Below, piece after piece: positions 61,615-64,000 of a stretch of 64,000 nucleotides of DNA. The notes below the pieces were generated by a model. That model saw nothing but the letters and a program-made list of their open reading frames with translations. It had not been told where the DNA came from and did not search any database. Where the stretch lies: contig FLMG01003251.1 in assembly GCA_900088475.1 (NCBI GenBank), forward strand, positions 62,001-126,000, given 5' to 3'. The number at the start of each line of letters is the position of its first letter. Position 1 is the stretch's first letter. Origin of the DNA: Hyphochytrium catenoides. Taxonomy: Eukaryota > Protista > Hyphochytriomycota. The position numbers and the translations under genes were made by a program.

Positions 61615-61701
61615 CGCAGGTGAGGGAGAATCGAACTCCTGAGGCGCAAACCTCCCAAGGATTTGAAGTCCTTGCCCAGAACCATCTGAGGTCACCCCTG
61701 C
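61615..61701 (-). tRNA. tRNA-Sec (anticodon UCA), eukaryotic 9/4 fold, 87 nt, CCA not encoded
   Basis: GCAGGGGTG AC CTCAGA TGGT TCTGGG CAAGGA CTTCAAA TCCTTG GGAGGT TTGC GCCTCA GGAG TTCGATT CTCC CTCACCTGC G: 9-position acceptor stem, 6-bp D stem with UGGU loop, 6-bp anticodon stem with CUUCAAA loop, long variable arm, 4-bp T stem, G discriminator. Confidence 0.96.
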
Positions 61702-61732
61702 TCTCAAGGCGAAAAAGGGTCAAAAGGCCATC

Positions 61733-61740
61733 TATTTATA
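61733..61740 (-). promoter_or_regulatory. TATA box (TATAAATA) upstream of tRNA-Sec
   Basis: Lies at -39 to -32 from the tRNA 5' end. Eukaryotic tRNA-Sec genes are known to use upstream TATA-containing Pol III promoters. Confidence 0.75.
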
Positions 61741-62303
61741 TCTGACCCTCTTCAACCTCCTGAGATTGTCGCATAACCGCTGTTCTCTTCTAATTTTGTC
61801 GCTTTTGCCCAAATAGGCGTTAAAGTAGAAGCTCAAATGCACTCTTATAAGGCTTTTAGTTAGTTTATACCTCGGTCTTGCTATAATCTAGCCCTGAATT
61901 TGACGCTCCTGTGATTTGCCTCAAAGATTAATCATCTTGGTAGAAAGGCCCGATCTTTTGGCAGAGCCGAGTCTTCATCTGGAAAATTTTCTCTTCTTTG
62001 TAGTTCTGGAAGAGACGAGACACAGAGCCAGGCCGAGGGCATCAGCCCCGACCATGACGAGCTCTCAAGAGGTCTACTCACGGACATCTTCAACGCTGCA
62101 GCGAGCGCAACATGCATCTTGGGCCCCCATGCTTCTCTATCAACAGTAGGCGACTGTAGTTGGATACGTGAAGGTCTTCTGTGAGCTTAGCAGATGCGGG
62201 AGGGTCAGGGCAAGGATCGGGGGTCACAGTAGCTGTAGCAGGGCCGTTGCGATATATTGTCGAAAGGCAAGAAAACAGGACAGCGCACTAGAGATTATTC
62301 AAA

Positions 62304-64000
62304 ATGGCTTCTGCAGCTGCTAAAGCTGAAGAAAAAAGGCACCAGGAACTTCGGAACTTTCTTCGAAGCGTGCCAGATAATAAGAAGTGCTTTAACTGTG
62401 CAGAGAAGGTAGGTGCAAATGCCAGGGATGTGCGCCGTACGCAAGCTTCTAACTCCAAGACTACATAGGGGCCTCAATATATATGTACAGACTTCAAGAC
62501 TTTCGTGTGCACTGTCTGCAGCGGCATTCAGTAAGTCTACATGACCTTGTAACGTCACTAGCATTGCTCTTATACCGCGGGCCCTGTTCTCCTAGCCGTG
62601 AGTTCAACCATAGAGTGAAATCCATCTCCCTTTCGAAATGGACAGATGAAGAAGTTAGCGGCATCATAGCCACGGGGGGTAATGAGGTCAGTATATAAAC
62701 ATGACGGTTGCGAACAGAGCTTCGGTCCTGACCTGTTGTTCATAAAGAAAGAATGGCTTATGTGTATCCAAGGCGAGTCAGTAATGCCTTCCAACGAGAA
62801 GAGTGAGAAGGGGGAGAAACAAAGAGAGAGAGAGAGAGACAGAGAGGGAAAGATAGGAATACTCTTCTGATACAGCTTTGCATGATACCATCAAACAGCG
62901 TGCCCGAGAGACTTTTCTGAAGTACCATAAAGAAATAGAGTGTCCCAGACCCAATCCTGGAGACAAGTATCGAATTCAAGACTTCATTCGATCGGCCTTC
63001 GTGGACAAGAAGTGGGATCCCTACGTTGTCGGACAGATGTGCTCAATGGCGATCCTAACTCTTTGTTGCTGGTCCCCAGGTGGACGGAGGAGTCAAGGTC
63101 CAGCCTAGAAGCAGCAAGAGAGTCAAAGAAAGAAAAGAAGAACAAAAAAGGAGAAAAGGATAAGCCTATCAAGAGAGACAAGGTCTGTCGCTGGTGGGCA
63201 GCTACCTTCTGGAGAAATGTCCTCTTCCTCTAAGTTTACCTTGTGACAACCTCCTCTCAACCATCCCTGATTACTGGGTCCACGTGCTTGAGCCTATTTT
63301 TTTTCTCAATGACTCTTCTTTAACACTATTCCATGGCCAGGAAAAGCAGAAGGCCACAAGTGCTGCAAACGGGGGATGGGACGCCTTTGGCTCGCAGAAT
63401 TCTAAAGACCTGGACTTCTCAAATGCTCAGAACTTTGGCGACTTCTCGGGAGGTGGTGGAGACTCTGAATTTTCGGCCTTTGGCAAGTTTGAGGACTTCG
63501 CTGCACCTCCCGCGTTCGCTTCTGAAGCACCCTCGGGAGACTTTTCGGCATTCTCGAGTGACAGTGGAAACCCTTTTGACGCTCCTCCACCTAGCTTTGG
63601 AGCTGGGCAACAACCTCAAGGTCCCGGTAGCACAGAGGCTGTTGGATTTGGAGACTTTGCCGCTCCCCCCCCACCTCCTCCTCCGTCTTCTTCACACGCC
63701 TCAAGACACGGTATTCGATCGCGTCCTGGGCCCTCTCCCTTTGATGGCTTCGACGATAGCAGTACGATGGGGGGGCCGTCTCCCTCCTTCGTGGAGACTC
63801 ACGTCCCTGGACAGTCCTTGTTGCTCGATGCCTCCTCGGGGGCCCCCGTGTCTGCTCCGCAGCCACAAGCAGCAGCAGATCCTTTTGCTGACTTCACGAG
63901 CTCCTCCACGACTACTGGCTCAGCTATGACTCCTTCTTCTCGCTTTGATGGACATGTGAAGACTCCATCTTCAGGTGGTGCTGCAGTAAATACGGTGGCT
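62304..64000 (+). CDS. ArfGAP with FG/NPF-type repeats (AGFG-like), 3'-truncated by the window
   Basis: Spliced NKKCFNCAEKGPQYICTDFKTFVCTVCSGIHREFNHRVKSISLSKWTDEEV..GGNE (CxxC-x16-CxxC-x4-R), then a tail with WDAF, FGDF, FEDF, NPF and DPF motifs. Confidence 0.9.

Noticed and set aside
63333-63929. 198-aa + strand ORF in the track
   Set aside because: Wrong frame. The ArfGAP exon is read in another frame that stays open to the window end.
1-64000. Genome-wide TGA reassignment, CRISPR arrays, rRNA or snRNA genes
   Set aside because: VPS13 and the SLC35F6-like gene end in TGA and conserved exons have no internal TGA, so the code is standard. No repeat-spacer array or rRNA, U6 or 7SL signature was seen.

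Overview
Gene-dense, intron-containing eukaryotic nuclear DNA (about 50% GC, GT-AG introns mostly 60-350 nt, CT/GA microsatellites in leaders and introns), probably from a protist or alga. I reconstructed about 14 protein genes by hand across introns: ATG7 (5'-truncated), a ~4,900-aa VPS13, an SLC35F6-like transporter, PRMT10, an ankyrin+TPR protein, a CLC-6/7-like channel, a membrane-anchored atypical thioredoxin, an LLPH-like protein, PEX12, a two-RRM RNA-binding protein, GGTase-I beta, a mitochondrial-type MetAP1, a large multi-exon coiled-coil protein and an AGFG-like ArfGAP (3'-truncated). The clearest feature missing from the ORF track is an 87-nt selenocysteine tRNA gene (UCA anticodon, 9/4 fold) at 61615-61701(-), with an upstream TATA box and a T6 terminator. 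Other points worth follow-up are the VPS13 domain architecture (PDZ nested in a C2 domain, C-terminal PX, insertion in the chorein region), the CCQPC thioredoxin with a Cys-rich anchor, a 3.2-kb non-coding stretch with serial AG|GTAA sites, and intergenic frames broken only by TGA. I found no convincing wholly new system, transposon or CRISPR. Exon boundaries are manual reads and family assignments are from motif recall, not database searches.
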